A DNA stretch of 64,000 bases from assembly GCA_902785935.1 (NCBI GenBank), contig CADAAN010000003.1, positions 33,035-97,034 on the forward strand, written 5' to 3'. A model generated the notes under the pieces. The model did no database searches. It was not told the origin of the DNA and saw only the letters and a list, made by a program, of their open reading frames with translations. Every line of letters starts with the position of its first letter. Within the stretch, counting starts at the first letter, position 1. The DNA is from an uncultured Pseudomonadota bacterium (GTDB lineage: Bacteria; Pseudomonadota; Alphaproteobacteria; RF32; CAG-239). Position numbers and translations under genes: made by a program. Shown here piece after piece: positions 9,897-19,214 of the stretch.

Positions 9897-12800
9897 CTAT
9901 TTAAAGCGCTTGACAAGCTTGTTGTTGAAGTAGATGGTGCAAATGCCATCTTTGACTTCAATCTTGTATCCATTGACCTTGGAATTCTGTTCCGATTTGG
10001 ACCAGCCCCAAGTGTTCATGGATTTCTCCGTCAGGGAACGAACATTAGTACCATTGTCCTTATAAAGAACCTGGTTGCTCTTATCCTCAACGGTAGCAAG
10101 CTGCCAATTACCGCTCTTGTCGGTGTCATAGCCTGCGACGTAGTCAGCGTCGTAGTAGCTACGCTCGACATAGTTGGCGTTCTTGATGGCGTCGTCGCTC
10201 GGAAGGGCGACATTGTCATTGGCACCGGCAAAGGGGATATAAGCACCCTTATGCTCTTTGGTGACAACGGCAAGACCCTTGATCTTATCAAGGTGACCAT
10301 CTTTGTTGATGTACTTGGAACCATTCCAAGCAGCAGCAACGGCACGGACATCAACGGACAAGATCGTGCCCGGGACGATATCCTCCACCTCAACCTCGAC
10401 CAGAATCTGGCGCTTCACAGCGTCAGAAAGGTTGGCAATAACAGTACCATCAATAGAATATACGCCGTAGAAGTTCTCCTGATAATTGGAGGCTTCATAA
10501 GCGATACCGTTGACGGTCTTGTTACCGGCGGCCACAATGGCATCGGTGCTGTTAGACATAACCATCTGACCATTGAAGGTATGGGTATAATCCCCATCCT
10601 TATAGGTGATGGTCTGATCAAAACCAAAGTCAGCGACATTCGTCTCAGACTTGGCACCATTGCTCATGGTGCTGGTGATTTGACCTTTTTTATTGCTAAC
10701 AGTCCAGTAGCTGTTCGAGCTGCTGGAAGTGCTGCCGTTACGCTCACCGTTGTAGACGGTAGCAAACAGATTATTTGCAGCATACACATCGGTGCCTGCC
10801 TGAGCCGTCAGGAAATAGGCGGGGGTGAAGGGGTCCCTACGAACCTGAACCTTCACATCGTCGGTCACGTCATAGACGTACACAACGGCCTGCCCATTTT
10901 CTACCTTAGGCTCATGCGTGCGCACGGTCTCCGGGGTATAGGTACCAACCATGTTGCCCTCGATGGTGTAGGTGGTCGGGTTGCCAACGGCGGCCTTGGT
11001 CTGCACGCCATCGTCGGTGGAGAGGGTCACCTCGACCTGAGGGGTCAGGGTGACGTTGTTACCGGCAACGGCAGAAGCAACCATATCGACAGCCTTTACT
11101 GCATCGACGGAAGTCGTTGCAAGCGTTACGCCATCAATGCTGACCACTTCGTCCTTCTCTTCAAGACGCAGATATGCGGGTTTGCCTGCAACGTAACCGC
11201 GGAAGTTACGAGCTGTGACCTCATAGGTCTTGCCGTTTTCCTCGACGGTTTTTTTCGGCTCGTTGGCGGTTTCGCCAAAAGATGCCCAGGTGAAGTTGGC
11301 GTTCAGGCCTTCCTTGGTTGCCACGCCAAAGGTGGGCGTCACGGTCAGGGTGGCCGTGATGATCTTTTCCTGAGTATAAGTCTGCTCGGAACCGGCTTTT
11401 TTGACGCCGTTCACGTATTCAGCCTTTTTCACAGTATTCAGACCAGTGCCAACCAGGGTATTCCCGTTCACGTTTGCCGTGAAGGAATAGTCCTTGCTCT
11501 CAACCTTCGTCTCCACGGTGTCGTCGTGCTTGACGAGCACGTCGTAAGCCGTGGAGGCATCCTTCGTCACCTTCTTACCTTCACAGGCAAGAGTGGCGCG
11601 CGTGCTGTTCTTGTAAGCATACGCGTCATAGGTGACATTATTGACGCTCTTGGTGCCATGGGCGGTGGCGGCGACTTTGCCTTCCAGCTCCTCAAAGGAG
11701 ATGCTACACTTGACAGTTACGCTTGCACCATTGTAAGAAAGAGTGGTCTCCTTCTTATTCAGGGTCCAATCGTAAATGTTCTGGGTGCTTTCCTTCTTGT
11801 TGGAGAGGGTGTTCCGATAAGTATTGCCGGAAACACCATTGCTGGTGGTGGCAAAATCGGAAGCACTTGAGGCAATCAGGTCGCTGTGCTCGCGGCCGGC
11901 ATAGCTGTACACAAACTCGTCGTCCAAGGTCTTGGCCAAATACTCCGGCTTAAGGTTGGATTTCATGTAGAAGTCCACCTTTACATCAAAACCATTTTCC
12001 TTAGCGGTAATGGTCTTGACCTGGCGGGTATTCTCGAACACTTCCTCGACCTTTACCCGAATCTCACGACTAGAGGTGGCGGAAAGGTTGATGCTGGCGG
12101 TTTCATTTTTCCAAGTAGCGGTGTATACGGGAGCAATGCTTGCAACGTAGTCGCTCACATTGTAGTATACGCCGTTAATGGTCTGAAGACCTTTTGCAGT
12201 GATGTTCTGCTGAACACCATCGCAAACCAGCTTGCAGATAACAGTTTCGGTGCAATCCTTGTAGCTGTAGGTGATGCTTTCATCACCATACAGGCTAAAG
12301 GTGCTCACGAAGCCTTCGCCCTCATGTCCATTACTGGCAGAGGCATTGAAAGTCATGTTACCTGTTCCTTCAACCTTGGTGCCGGTGGTCTTGTAACCAT
12401 CGGTGGAAGCCAGTACATAGCCATAATTCTGACCCTGTGCAGTAGCCGTTCTTACGAAAGGCTTGCGATCCACTTCGATGATGCCGGAGAGGCTCCATTC
12501 CTCGCGGGTGACAAAAGCTCCCTTGATGGTCTGGTTTTCCTCAGACAGCTCAACCACCATCCAACGACGAATGAATTTGTCCTCAGGATCCGGGGCAACA
12601 AAGAACTTGAGGCTCAGGGTGTCCCTCACCTCAAACTTCTTGCTGGCCTGAGCCTCTTTGCCGGCCTTTACAAAATCGTTAACCACATTTGCCACCAGAG
12701 TATGGATGGCGATGTAGTTGTTGGTTTTGTAGTAACCGCCGTTGTCGGCGGCTACATTGGCCTTCACCAGCGTGTCTTTCACGCTGTGGCTCCAAGCAAC

Positions 12801-13346
12801 ATCCGGGAAGTCCTTTGCCAGGGAATCCTTGGCAAAGTGGGCGTCAGAAGAGCTGTAGGTCAGCTCAAAGTCAGCACCATATTTCCCATTCGAAAGCTTG
12901 GAAGCAAGAGCGCGGACACTCTGCGTTCCATACCAGTCACCGGAGTTCCAGGTGTTGGAAGCTTCCTTAACCTCGCTCTCGGCGTACTTGACACCGTCGA
13001 GCTCGGCCTCAGAAGAAACTTCCTTCTCCACTTTGGCACCACCCTTGACCTCGATGGGTCTGGTCATGGAAGAACCGTACAGGTCTTTTTCACCCGCGGT
13101 CTTCCATGTGTTAGTGGACTTGTACTCGTAGTTCACTACGAGGTCAATCCACTCCCATCCGTAGTGGTTTGTCTTTAGCAGGGTGTCGGTCTGGGGCTTC
13201 GGCTGTTCCGGAGCCTTACCAGGAACATAGCCATAAGCAGAGGTGTTATCCCCTGCCTCAGTCTTAGTCTCCAATTCCATTTTGTTGCAAGCAACCATCG
13301 CGGCCATCATCCCGATAGCGGCGATCACTTTAAAACTTTTTTTCAT
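9897..13346 (-). CDS. Large (1149 aa) predicted surface lipoprotein or adhesin-like protein. Thr/Val/Gly/Asn/Tyr-rich and beta-rich. Compositionally atypical (G+C-rich) relative to the surrounding genome.
   Basis: MKKSFKVIAAIGMMAAMVAC is a signal peptide with a lipobox-like Cys. It is a single uninterrupted ORF. The long antisense ORFs in the six-frame track are artefacts of the high G+C. Confidence 0.7.
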   Translation of the reverse strand: MKKSFKVIAAIGMMAAMVACNKMELETKTEAGDNTSAYGYVPGKAPEQPKPQTDTLLKTNHYGWEWIDLVVNYEYKSTNTWKTAGEKDLYGSSMTRPIEVKGGAKVEKEVSSEAELDGVKYAESEVKEASNTWNSGDWYGTQSVRALASKLSNGKYGADFELTYSSSDAHFAKDSLAKDFPDVAWSHSVKDTLVKANVAADNGGYYKTNNYIAIHTLVANVVNDFVKAGKEAQASKKFEVRDTLSLKFFVAPDPEDKFIRRWMVVELSEENQTIKGAFVTREEWSLSGIIEVDRKPFVRTATAQGQNYGYVLASTDGYKTTGTKVEGTGNMTFNASASNGHEGEGFVSTFSLYGDESITYSYKDCTETVICKLVCDGVQQNITAKGLQTINGVYYNVSDYVASIAPVYTATWKNETASINLSATSSREIRVKVEEVFENTRQVKTITAKENGFDVKVDFYMKSNLKPEYLAKTLDDEFVYSYAGREHSDLIASSASDFATTSNGVSGNTYRNTLSNKKESTQNIYDWTLNKKETTLSYNGASVTVKCSISFEELEGKVAATAHGTKSVNNVTYDAYAYKNSTRATLACEGKKVTKDASTAYDVLVKHDDTVETKVESKDYSFTANVNGNTLVGTGLNTVKKAEYVNGVKKAGSEQTYTQEKIITATLTVTPTFGVATKEGLNANFTWASFGETANEPKKTVEENGKTYEVTARNFRGYVAGKPAYLRLEEKDEVVSIDGVTLATTSVDAVKAVDMVASAVAGNNVTLTPQVEVTLSTDDGVQTKAAVGNPTTYTIEGNMVGTYTPETVRTHEPKVENGQAVVYVYDVTDDVKVQVRRDPFTPAYFLTAQAGTDVYAANNLFATVYNGERNGSTSSSSNSYWTVSNKKGQITSTMSNGAKSETNVADFGFDQTITYKDGDYTHTFNGQMVMSNSTDAIVAAGNKTVNGIAYEASNYQENFYGVYSIDGTVIANLSDAVKRQILVEVEVEDIVPGTILSVDVRAVAAAWNGSKYINKDGHLDKIKGLAVVTKEHKGAYIPFAGANDNVALPSDDAIKNANYVERSYYDADYVAGYDTDKSGNWQLATVEDKSNQVLYKDNGTNVRSLTEKSMNTWGWSKSEQNSKVNGYKIEVKDGICTIYFNNKLVKRFK

Positions 13347-13687
13347 AACGCGTTATTGTTTTTGTTTTACTTACTTATTATGACATCCAAACACAACCAT
13401 AGGGGCGCTTGGATGGAAAAGTCACATTATGATTAGGCACACCTTAAGAAACATGAAAAATTTTTCCATCTTTTTCATTTAATTCACATAAGCTTAGACC
13501 TAATCTCTATAATTCAGTCTTTAACATAGCACAATTTGAATCAAAAAACAAGCAAAAAAATGCACTTTTTTGATTTTTTTGTTTATTTTTTGTACAAAAT
13601 ACCGAAAATAAGTTCTAATGCACTGAAAATACGTATTTTTTTAGAAAATCCGTCCTATTATTTCAGCATCCGGCAAAAACGCTGATT

Positions 13688-15160
13688 TTAGCCGCCGATT
13701 TGCTCAGGCAAAGCCTCTTCATTGGCAAGATTGCCGAACTGCGCATATTGTCCGTTCCAAAAAAGTTTGACCGTACCGACCGGACCGTGACGCTGTTTGC
13801 CGATAATCACTTCCGCCAAATTAGCCGTTTCACGATCGCGTTTTTGCCATTCGGCAATGCGCTGTTGCAAGTGTTCTGCCGTTTCATTTTGCTTTTGTTT
13901 GGGCTCTTCGTTGTGGATATAATAATTTTCTCTAAAGACAAACATCACGACATCGGCATCTTGCTCAATAGACCCCGACTCGCGCAAATCCGACATCAGC
14001 GGCCGCTTATCGTCACGGCTTTCAACACCGCGGTTTAACTGCGAAAGCGCAATCACCGGCACATCAAGCTCTTTTGCCAAAATTTTCAGCCCGCGTGAAA
14101 TTTCGGACAATTCCTGCACACGATTGACTTCTCCGCGTCTTGAAGGGCCTGAAATCAATTGAATATAATCAATCACAATCAGCCCCAAACCTTTTGTGCG
14201 TTTTAAGCGCCTCGCCCGGGTGCGAATCGCGTTGATGGTCAGCCCCGGCGTATCATCGATATAAAGCGGAATATTTTCAAGCTCTCTTACGGCCGCAGCG
14301 ATTCGCGTAAATTCGGCATTATTGAGCTCACCGGTGCGCATATTTTGCCCCGGCGTTTGTGTCACGGTCGATAAAATACGCGACGCCAGCTCATCCGAGC
14401 TCATTTCAAGCGAAAAAAACGCCACGCCTTTGTCTTTTTTATCAATGCTTTTTTCGCGGCTCATAAATTCTGCCACATTATAGGCAATATTGGTTGCAAG
14501 CGCCGTTTTTCCCATGGCGGGACGGCCTGCAATGATAATCAGATTTGACTTTGTCAGCCCGCCCAAGCGCCTGTCCAAGCGCTCAAGCCCCGTCGGCAAA
14601 CCCGACAATTTATCATCGCGCTGAAAAGCCTGTTCAATATAGCCGAGCGTCGATGTCAACGCTTTTGAAAAATCGATAAAATCACTTTGCGCCTGCCCCT
14701 GATCCGCAAGATGAAACAAATTTTGTTCCGCCTCTTCAATCTGGTCATTGGCCGTCAAATCAGCCGATTCGGTCATCGCATTGTTAACGATTTTATAGCC
14801 CGTATCAATCAGCTCACGGCGCAAATATTTGTCATAAATAAACTGTCCGTAATACTCAACATTTGTCATCGGTGAAGCACTGTCCGCAAGCCGAACAAGA
14901 TAATTTATTCCGCCGACATCCGCAAGCGTACCCTGCTGTTCAAAATAGTTTTTTAAGGTAATGACATCAGCGGATCTGTCGTGCATAATGATATTTGAAA
15001 TCACCTCAAAAATTTTGGCATGCACCGGATCGGCAAAATGCTTCGGCTGTAAAAATTCAGCCACTTTTTCAAAAGCCTTGTTATTGGCAAGCAAGGCCCC
15101 GAGCAAAGCTTGCTCGGCTTCGATATTTTTAGGCAATTTATCTAAATCAGGTGTTTCCAT
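13688..15160 (-). CDS. dnaB: Replicative DNA helicase
   Basis: N-terminal IEAEQALLGALL... and a RecA-like domain with GRPAMGKTA Walker A; 490 aa. Confidence 0.9.
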   Translation of the reverse strand: METPDLDKLPKNIEAEQALLGALLANNKAFEKVAEFLQPKHFADPVHAKIFEVISNIIMHDRSADVITLKNYFEQQGTLADVGGINYLVRLADSASPMTNVEYYGQFIYDKYLRRELIDTGYKIVNNAMTESADLTANDQIEEAEQNLFHLADQGQAQSDFIDFSKALTSTLGYIEQAFQRDDKLSGLPTGLERLDRRLGGLTKSNLIIIAGRPAMGKTALATNIAYNVAEFMSREKSIDKKDKGVAFFSLEMSSDELASRILSTVTQTPGQNMRTGELNNAEFTRIAAAVRELENIPLYIDDTPGLTINAIRTRARRLKRTKGLGLIVIDYIQLISGPSRRGEVNRVQELSEISRGLKILAKELDVPVIALSQLNRGVESRDDKRPLMSDLRESGSIEQDADVVMFVFRENYYIHNEEPKQKQNETAEHLQQRIAEWQKRDRETANLAEVIIGKQRHGPVGTVKLFWNGQYAQFGNLANEEALPEQIGG

Positions 15161-15360
15161 TTTTCATCGCTCTTTCAAACAAAATTCGACATAAGGCTAT
15201 ATGTGCATCATTTTTATCGAAAATGCGCCTAAAAAATTTTTTTGCCTGTTAATAATGGGGATAATTTCTCAAAACCTGCCCTTGATACAACTTTACAGGT
15301 GCCCGATACTTGAATAAACTCTTGTAACACAGGCACGATTGAGGGGTTTATAAAAAAACA

Positions 15361-15723
15361 TCAGGCTTTTTTGAGTTCGCGCCGACCTAAAACAGCGTTG
15401 ATGTAATCAAAATTTTTAAAGGCACCGTATGCCGCATCAAAGCTTTTTTGATCAAGTGTATAAAAAACCTGATTTGCCATTTTTTTGATAGCACTGTCAA
15501 TGCGCGCAAAAGCCTCGTTATAATCTGCATTATAGCGATTTTTATCTTTTTTAGCCACCAGATTGTGATAAGCCGCAACGACTTTAACGGTTTCTTCAGC
15601 CGGATTTTGATAACCTTTTTTCTCAAAGTCATGCATAATTTGTGCCATCGTCATGTAGTAGCACTTGTTTGTTAAGATATTTCGCTGCATATGGTTATTT
15701 GAATTGATAATCATACCGACCAA
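15361..15723 (-). CDS. Hypothetical protein (120 aa)
   Basis: ORF only; no recognisable motif. Confidence 0.35.
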   Translation of the reverse strand: MVGMIINSNNHMQRNILTNKCYYMTMAQIMHDFEKKGYQNPAEETVKVVAAYHNLVAKKDKNRYNADYNEAFARIDSAIKKMANQVFYTLDQKSFDAAYGAFKNFDYINAVLGRRELKKA

Positions 15724-15792
15724 AACCTTTCCATAAAAAGATATATAGCATTTTTAACAAACATTTGCAAGCAAAAATTTGATTTTTTCAAA

Positions 15793-15845
15793 AGCATAAA
15801 AAAAGCCACCCTCGGTGGTTTTTTATGGCGTATCCGGCGAGGCTC
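15793..15845. repeat. Direct repeat of the tRNA-Arg 3' end (tggcgtatccggcgaggctc) together with its downstream terminator hairpin. The second copy of 15984-16038.
   Basis: About 53 of 55 nt are identical between 15793-15845 and 15984-16038. Confidence 0.7.
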
Positions 15846-16018
15846 TCTGCTCAAGTTTGTAAGGCGCTTTTTCCTGCGCTGTCGCTTGTCAAACCGCCAA
15901 ACAAACCCCCGCCTGACATCAAAAAACTTTCCACCGGAAACTTTTTTGAAAGTCAGCTTCTCAGTTCTCGCCTCGCGCCTTTGAAGCATAAAAAAACCAC
16001 CCTTCGGTGGTTTTTTTA

Positions 16019-16095
16019 TGGCGTATCCGGCGAGGCTCGAACTCGCAACCTTCGGCGTCGGAGGCCGACACTCTATCCAATTGAGCTACGGATAC
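16019..16095 (-). tRNA. tRNA-Arg (anticodon CCG), 77 nt, genome-encoded CCA
   Basis: Manual fold of GTATCCG/CGGATAC acceptor stem, anticodon stem TCGGC/GCCGA with loop CTCCGAC, T-arm GCGAG-TTCGAGC-CTCGC, 3' GCCA. Followed by a hairpin plus T-run terminator. Confidence 0.8.
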
Positions 16096-16241
16096 ATTTT
16101 CTTTTGCCTTTATAACACGTTTTTTTGACTTCGCCAGCTTTTTTTTCATTTTTTTAAATTATTTTGCTTGACATCTTCATAAAATGTTTGTATGTAATGG
16201 CAACAAAGTTGTTTTCTATTTGATATAAAAGGATTTTTAAA

Positions 16242-16523
16242 ATGGCTAAAAAATGTGATTTAACAGGCACCGGCGTTCAGAGCGGGAATAATGTCAGCCA
16301 CGCAAACAATCGTACACGCCGTCGCTTTATGCCCAATTTGCATGTTGTTTCTTTGCTTAGTGAAACATTGAACAAAGTTTTTAAGCTCAAGATTTGCACA
16401 AAAACTTTGCGTTCGATCGAGCACAATGGTGGTTTAGATTCTTATCTTGAAAATACGGCTTCTAAGAATTTGACACCTGAGGCAAAAGCAATCAAAAAAC
16501 AAATTGCAAAAAACAAAAAATAA
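16242..16523 (+). CDS. rpmB: 50S ribosomal protein L28
   Basis: MAKKCDLTGTGVQSGNNVSHANNRTRRRFMPNLH matches the L28 consensus. A TTGACA-17-TATGTA promoter lies upstream. Confidence 0.85.
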   Translation: MAKKCDLTGTGVQSGNNVSHANNRTRRRFMPNLHVVSLLSETLNKVFKLKICTKTLRSIEHNGGLDSYLENTASKNLTPEAKAIKKQIAKNKK

Positions 16524-16703
16524 ATAAACTGTTTTTTTTCAAATCAGCAGGGTCTTTGTTCCCTGCTTTTTTTTGCATATTAAAACATCTGTAATGCGAC
16601 AAGTATTTTTGCCCTCTTGATTATTTTGTAATCGCTCTTGAAATTAAAAAAAAATAAGTTAAAAAAGCCGTATTGTTTATTTTTTAAGGGATCTTTTTTT
16701 AAG

Positions 16704-18362
16704 ATGAATAACGAAAGTAAAAACCTTTATACCGCAATTGTTTTATCCGTGTTGATTATCTTCGGTGTCAATCACTTTTTTGCAAAACAAACAAGGCCTG
16801 TTGAGGCACAAAATGTACAAATTGAGCTTCCACAACAGGCACAGATGCCTGAAGTCAATGCGTATTTAGATTTAAAAGATGCTCTAAAAGCGCATAAGCG
16901 TGTCCATATCACAACACCTGATTTAAATGCTTCTGTCCGTCTTCAAGGCGCACAGATTGATTTTGCCTCATTGAACAAATATAAGCAAACGCTTGAACAA
17001 AACAGCCCCGATGTCACGCTTTTAAGCCCTGTCGGTACGCAAGCGCCTTATTTTGCTCAGTTTGGATTTCTCTCAATGGATAAAGAACTGAAATTGCCTG
17101 ATGAAAAAGCGTTTTGGTATGCATCAAAAGACAAATTAACCCCAAATGCGCCCTTAACACTTGTTTGGGACAATGCCGAGGGGCTTAAATTTACGCGCAC
17201 AATCTCAATTGATGAGCATTATCTGATGCAAATTCATGATAAGGTTGAAAACATGATGGGCAAGCCTGTTACGCTTTATCCTTATGGCCGTATTTATCGT
17301 GCTTTTGATGAAAAATATGCGCAAGAGCGCTCTGTTGTGCATGAGGGCATGACGGGTGTTATCAATGGAACGTTGAAAGAATTTACCTTAAAAGATGTCA
17401 AAGAAGGTTCTCCGAAATCTTTTTCTTCTCAAGAGGGATGGGCTGGTTTTTCGGACAGATATTGGTTTTCGGCCTTTATTTTGGACGATAATGAGGACAA
17501 TACGATTCAATTTTCCAAGACAGGCGATAAAAGTTATCAGGTTGATTATCGCAAATCACCGATAACGATTGAGCCGAACGGCGAAAAAAATACATCTGTA
17601 CGTTTTTTTGTCGGTGCCAAAGAAATCAAATTATTGGATAAATATACCAAACAAAACGGTATCAAAAAATTTGATTTAGCCGTCGATTTTGGCTGGTATT
17701 ACTTTTTGACAAAGCCGTTTTTCTATATTTTGGATTTTCTTTACAAAATCATCGGCAATATGGGCTGGGCGATTTTGCTTTTTGCCGCACTGTTAAGGCT
17801 TTTGATGTTCCCGATTGCAAGCAAATCGTTTGACAGTATGTCCAAAATGCGCAAGATTCAGCCGAAAGTTGTCGCTTTGCAAGCCATGTACCAAAATGAT
17901 AAAATCATGCTTCAGCAAAAGACGATGGAACTTTATAAAAAAGAAAAAATCAATCCGGCATCGGGGTGCTTGCCTGTTTTTATCCAGATACCGATTTTCT
18001 TTTCTTTGTATAAGGTTTTAAACATCGCCATCGAAATTCGTCATGCACCGTTTATCGGTTGGATTAAGGATTTATCCGCGCCTGACCCTCTGACAATATC
18101 CGTATGGTCACATATTCCGTTACCCTATATTTTAGATATCGGTGTGTGGCCGATTTTGATGGGGCTTACGATGTGGGTTCAGCAAAAGCTTAATCCGGCG
18201 CCGGCCAACAAAGATCAGGCCAGAATGTTTGCGATGATGCCGTTTATATTTACCTTGATGCTCGGGCATTTTGCCTCAGGTCTTGTGATTTACTGGACTT
18301 TAAGCAATATCTTGTCAATAGCTCAGCAAAAGGCAATTATGTACAAAAACGGGGTTAAATGA
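16704..18362 (+). CDS. yidC: Membrane protein insertase YidC
   Basis: N-terminal TM, a large periplasmic domain, and a C-terminal 5-TM core with conserved hydrophilic groove residues. The stop overlaps the engB start. Confidence 0.9.
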   Translation: MNNESKNLYTAIVLSVLIIFGVNHFFAKQTRPVEAQNVQIELPQQAQMPEVNAYLDLKDALKAHKRVHITTPDLNASVRLQGAQIDFASLNKYKQTLEQNSPDVTLLSPVGTQAPYFAQFGFLSMDKELKLPDEKAFWYASKDKLTPNAPLTLVWDNAEGLKFTRTISIDEHYLMQIHDKVENMMGKPVTLYPYGRIYRAFDEKYAQERSVVHEGMTGVINGTLKEFTLKDVKEGSPKSFSSQEGWAGFSDRYWFSAFILDDNEDNTIQFSKTGDKSYQVDYRKSPITIEPNGEKNTSVRFFVGAKEIKLLDKYTKQNGIKKFDLAVDFGWYYFLTKPFFYILDFLYKIIGNMGWAILLFAALLRLLMFPIASKSFDSMSKMRKIQPKVVALQAMYQNDKIMLQQKTMELYKKEKINPASGCLPVFIQIPIFFSLYKVLNIAIEIRHAPFIGWIKDLSAPDPLTISVWSHIPLPYILDIGVWPILMGLTMWVQQKLNPAPANKDQARMFAMMPFIFTLMLGHFASGLVIYWTLSNILSIAQQKAIMYKNGVK

Positions 18363-18982
18363 TGGAAAGTGCGCATCAAAATTCTGTTCAAAAGCTTTTT
18401 TCGGTGCCTCCGAAATTTATGCTTTCGGTTGCAAAACTTGAACAATTGCCGCCGGATGATAAAAACGAGGTCGCCTTTGCCGGTCGTTCAAATGTCGGTA
18501 AATCAAGTTTGATTAATGCGCTGTTTTTCAGAAAAGACGTGGCAAAAACATCATCGACTCCGGGGCGCACGCAGCAACTCAACTATTTTGATTTTTTGGG
18601 CAAGATGTACCTTGTCGATTTACCCGGCTATGGTTATGCCAAGGCTCCTATTGCCGAAGTTAAACGTTGGCAAAATGTTTTAACAACCTATTTAAAAGGC
18701 AGGGTCAATTTAAGGCGCGTTTTTTTGGCGATTGATAGCCGAATCGGGATTAAAGATACGGATGAAGAAATTTTTAAATTGCTTGACACGGCGGCCGTAC
18801 CTTATCAGATTGTTTTAACGAAAATTGATAAAATATCTGCCGTCGCGCTTGAAAAAATAAAAAAGCAAATACTTGAAAAATTAGAAACACATCCGGCAGC
18901 ATTCAATGAAATTTTAGCCACAAGTTCCGAAAAGAAAATCGGCCTTGATGATTTGCGCACACAGATCGCATCGTTTTTATAA
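18359..18982 (+). CDS. engB: Ribosome biogenesis GTP-binding protein EngB/YihA
   Basis: GRSNVGKSSLINAL G1 motif, DLPGYG, TKIDK. Confidence 0.85.
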   Translation: MMESAHQNSVQKLFSVPPKFMLSVAKLEQLPPDDKNEVAFAGRSNVGKSSLINALFFRKDVAKTSSTPGRTQQLNYFDFLGKMYLVDLPGYGYAKAPIAEVKRWQNVLTTYLKGRVNLRRVFLAIDSRIGIKDTDEEIFKLLDTAAVPYQIVLTKIDKISAVALEKIKKQILEKLETHPAAFNEILATSSEKKIGLDDLRTQIASFL

Positions 18983-18991
18983 AAAAATAAT

Positions 18992-19214
18992 TTGACAATA
19001 TACTCTATTTATGTGATAATCAAAGCGTAACCAAAATGGTTGCGGTGTCTAATTAACACATTTGTCGTATAGCTCCTTTAAAAGAGGAGTTTCTGAGATA
19101 AGTGCATTTTGCATCGAATAAAGAAGACTGTACGACAACAGTTAATTAGCTCCTCCGTTTTAGGTTATTTGAAACGGAATTTTTTTTAAAGTATGAAAAA
19201 ATAGGAGAATAAAT
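18992..19214 (+). promoter_or_regulatory. Promoter (TTGACA-17 bp-GATAAT) plus a conserved ~190-nt structured 5' leader shared with the paralogous gene at 36749-37612
   Basis: Position-by-position similarity to the reverse complement of 37613-37809. Hairpins (aaccaaaatggtt; ctcctttaaaagaggag) are conserved or covarying. Confidence 0.5.

Noticed and set aside
9837-13178. Long plus-strand ORFs (677 aa, 430 aa, and several 60-120 aa) antisense to the 1149-aa gene
   Set aside because: They are low-complexity G/V/A/I-rich translations with no start context. They arise because the G+C-rich minus-strand gene leaves few stop codons in the antisense frames.
15711-15989. 92-aa minus-strand ORF (MLQRREARTEKLTFKK...)
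   Set aside because: It lies across the duplicated terminator/tRNA-3' repeat region, is Arg/Lys-rich low complexity, and has no RBS.
16638-16703. Longer YidC start (MKLKKNKLKKPYCLFFKGSFFK-)
   Set aside because: It is Lys-rich with no RBS, sitting in AT-rich promoter DNA. The ATG at 16704 gives a standard YidC N-terminus.
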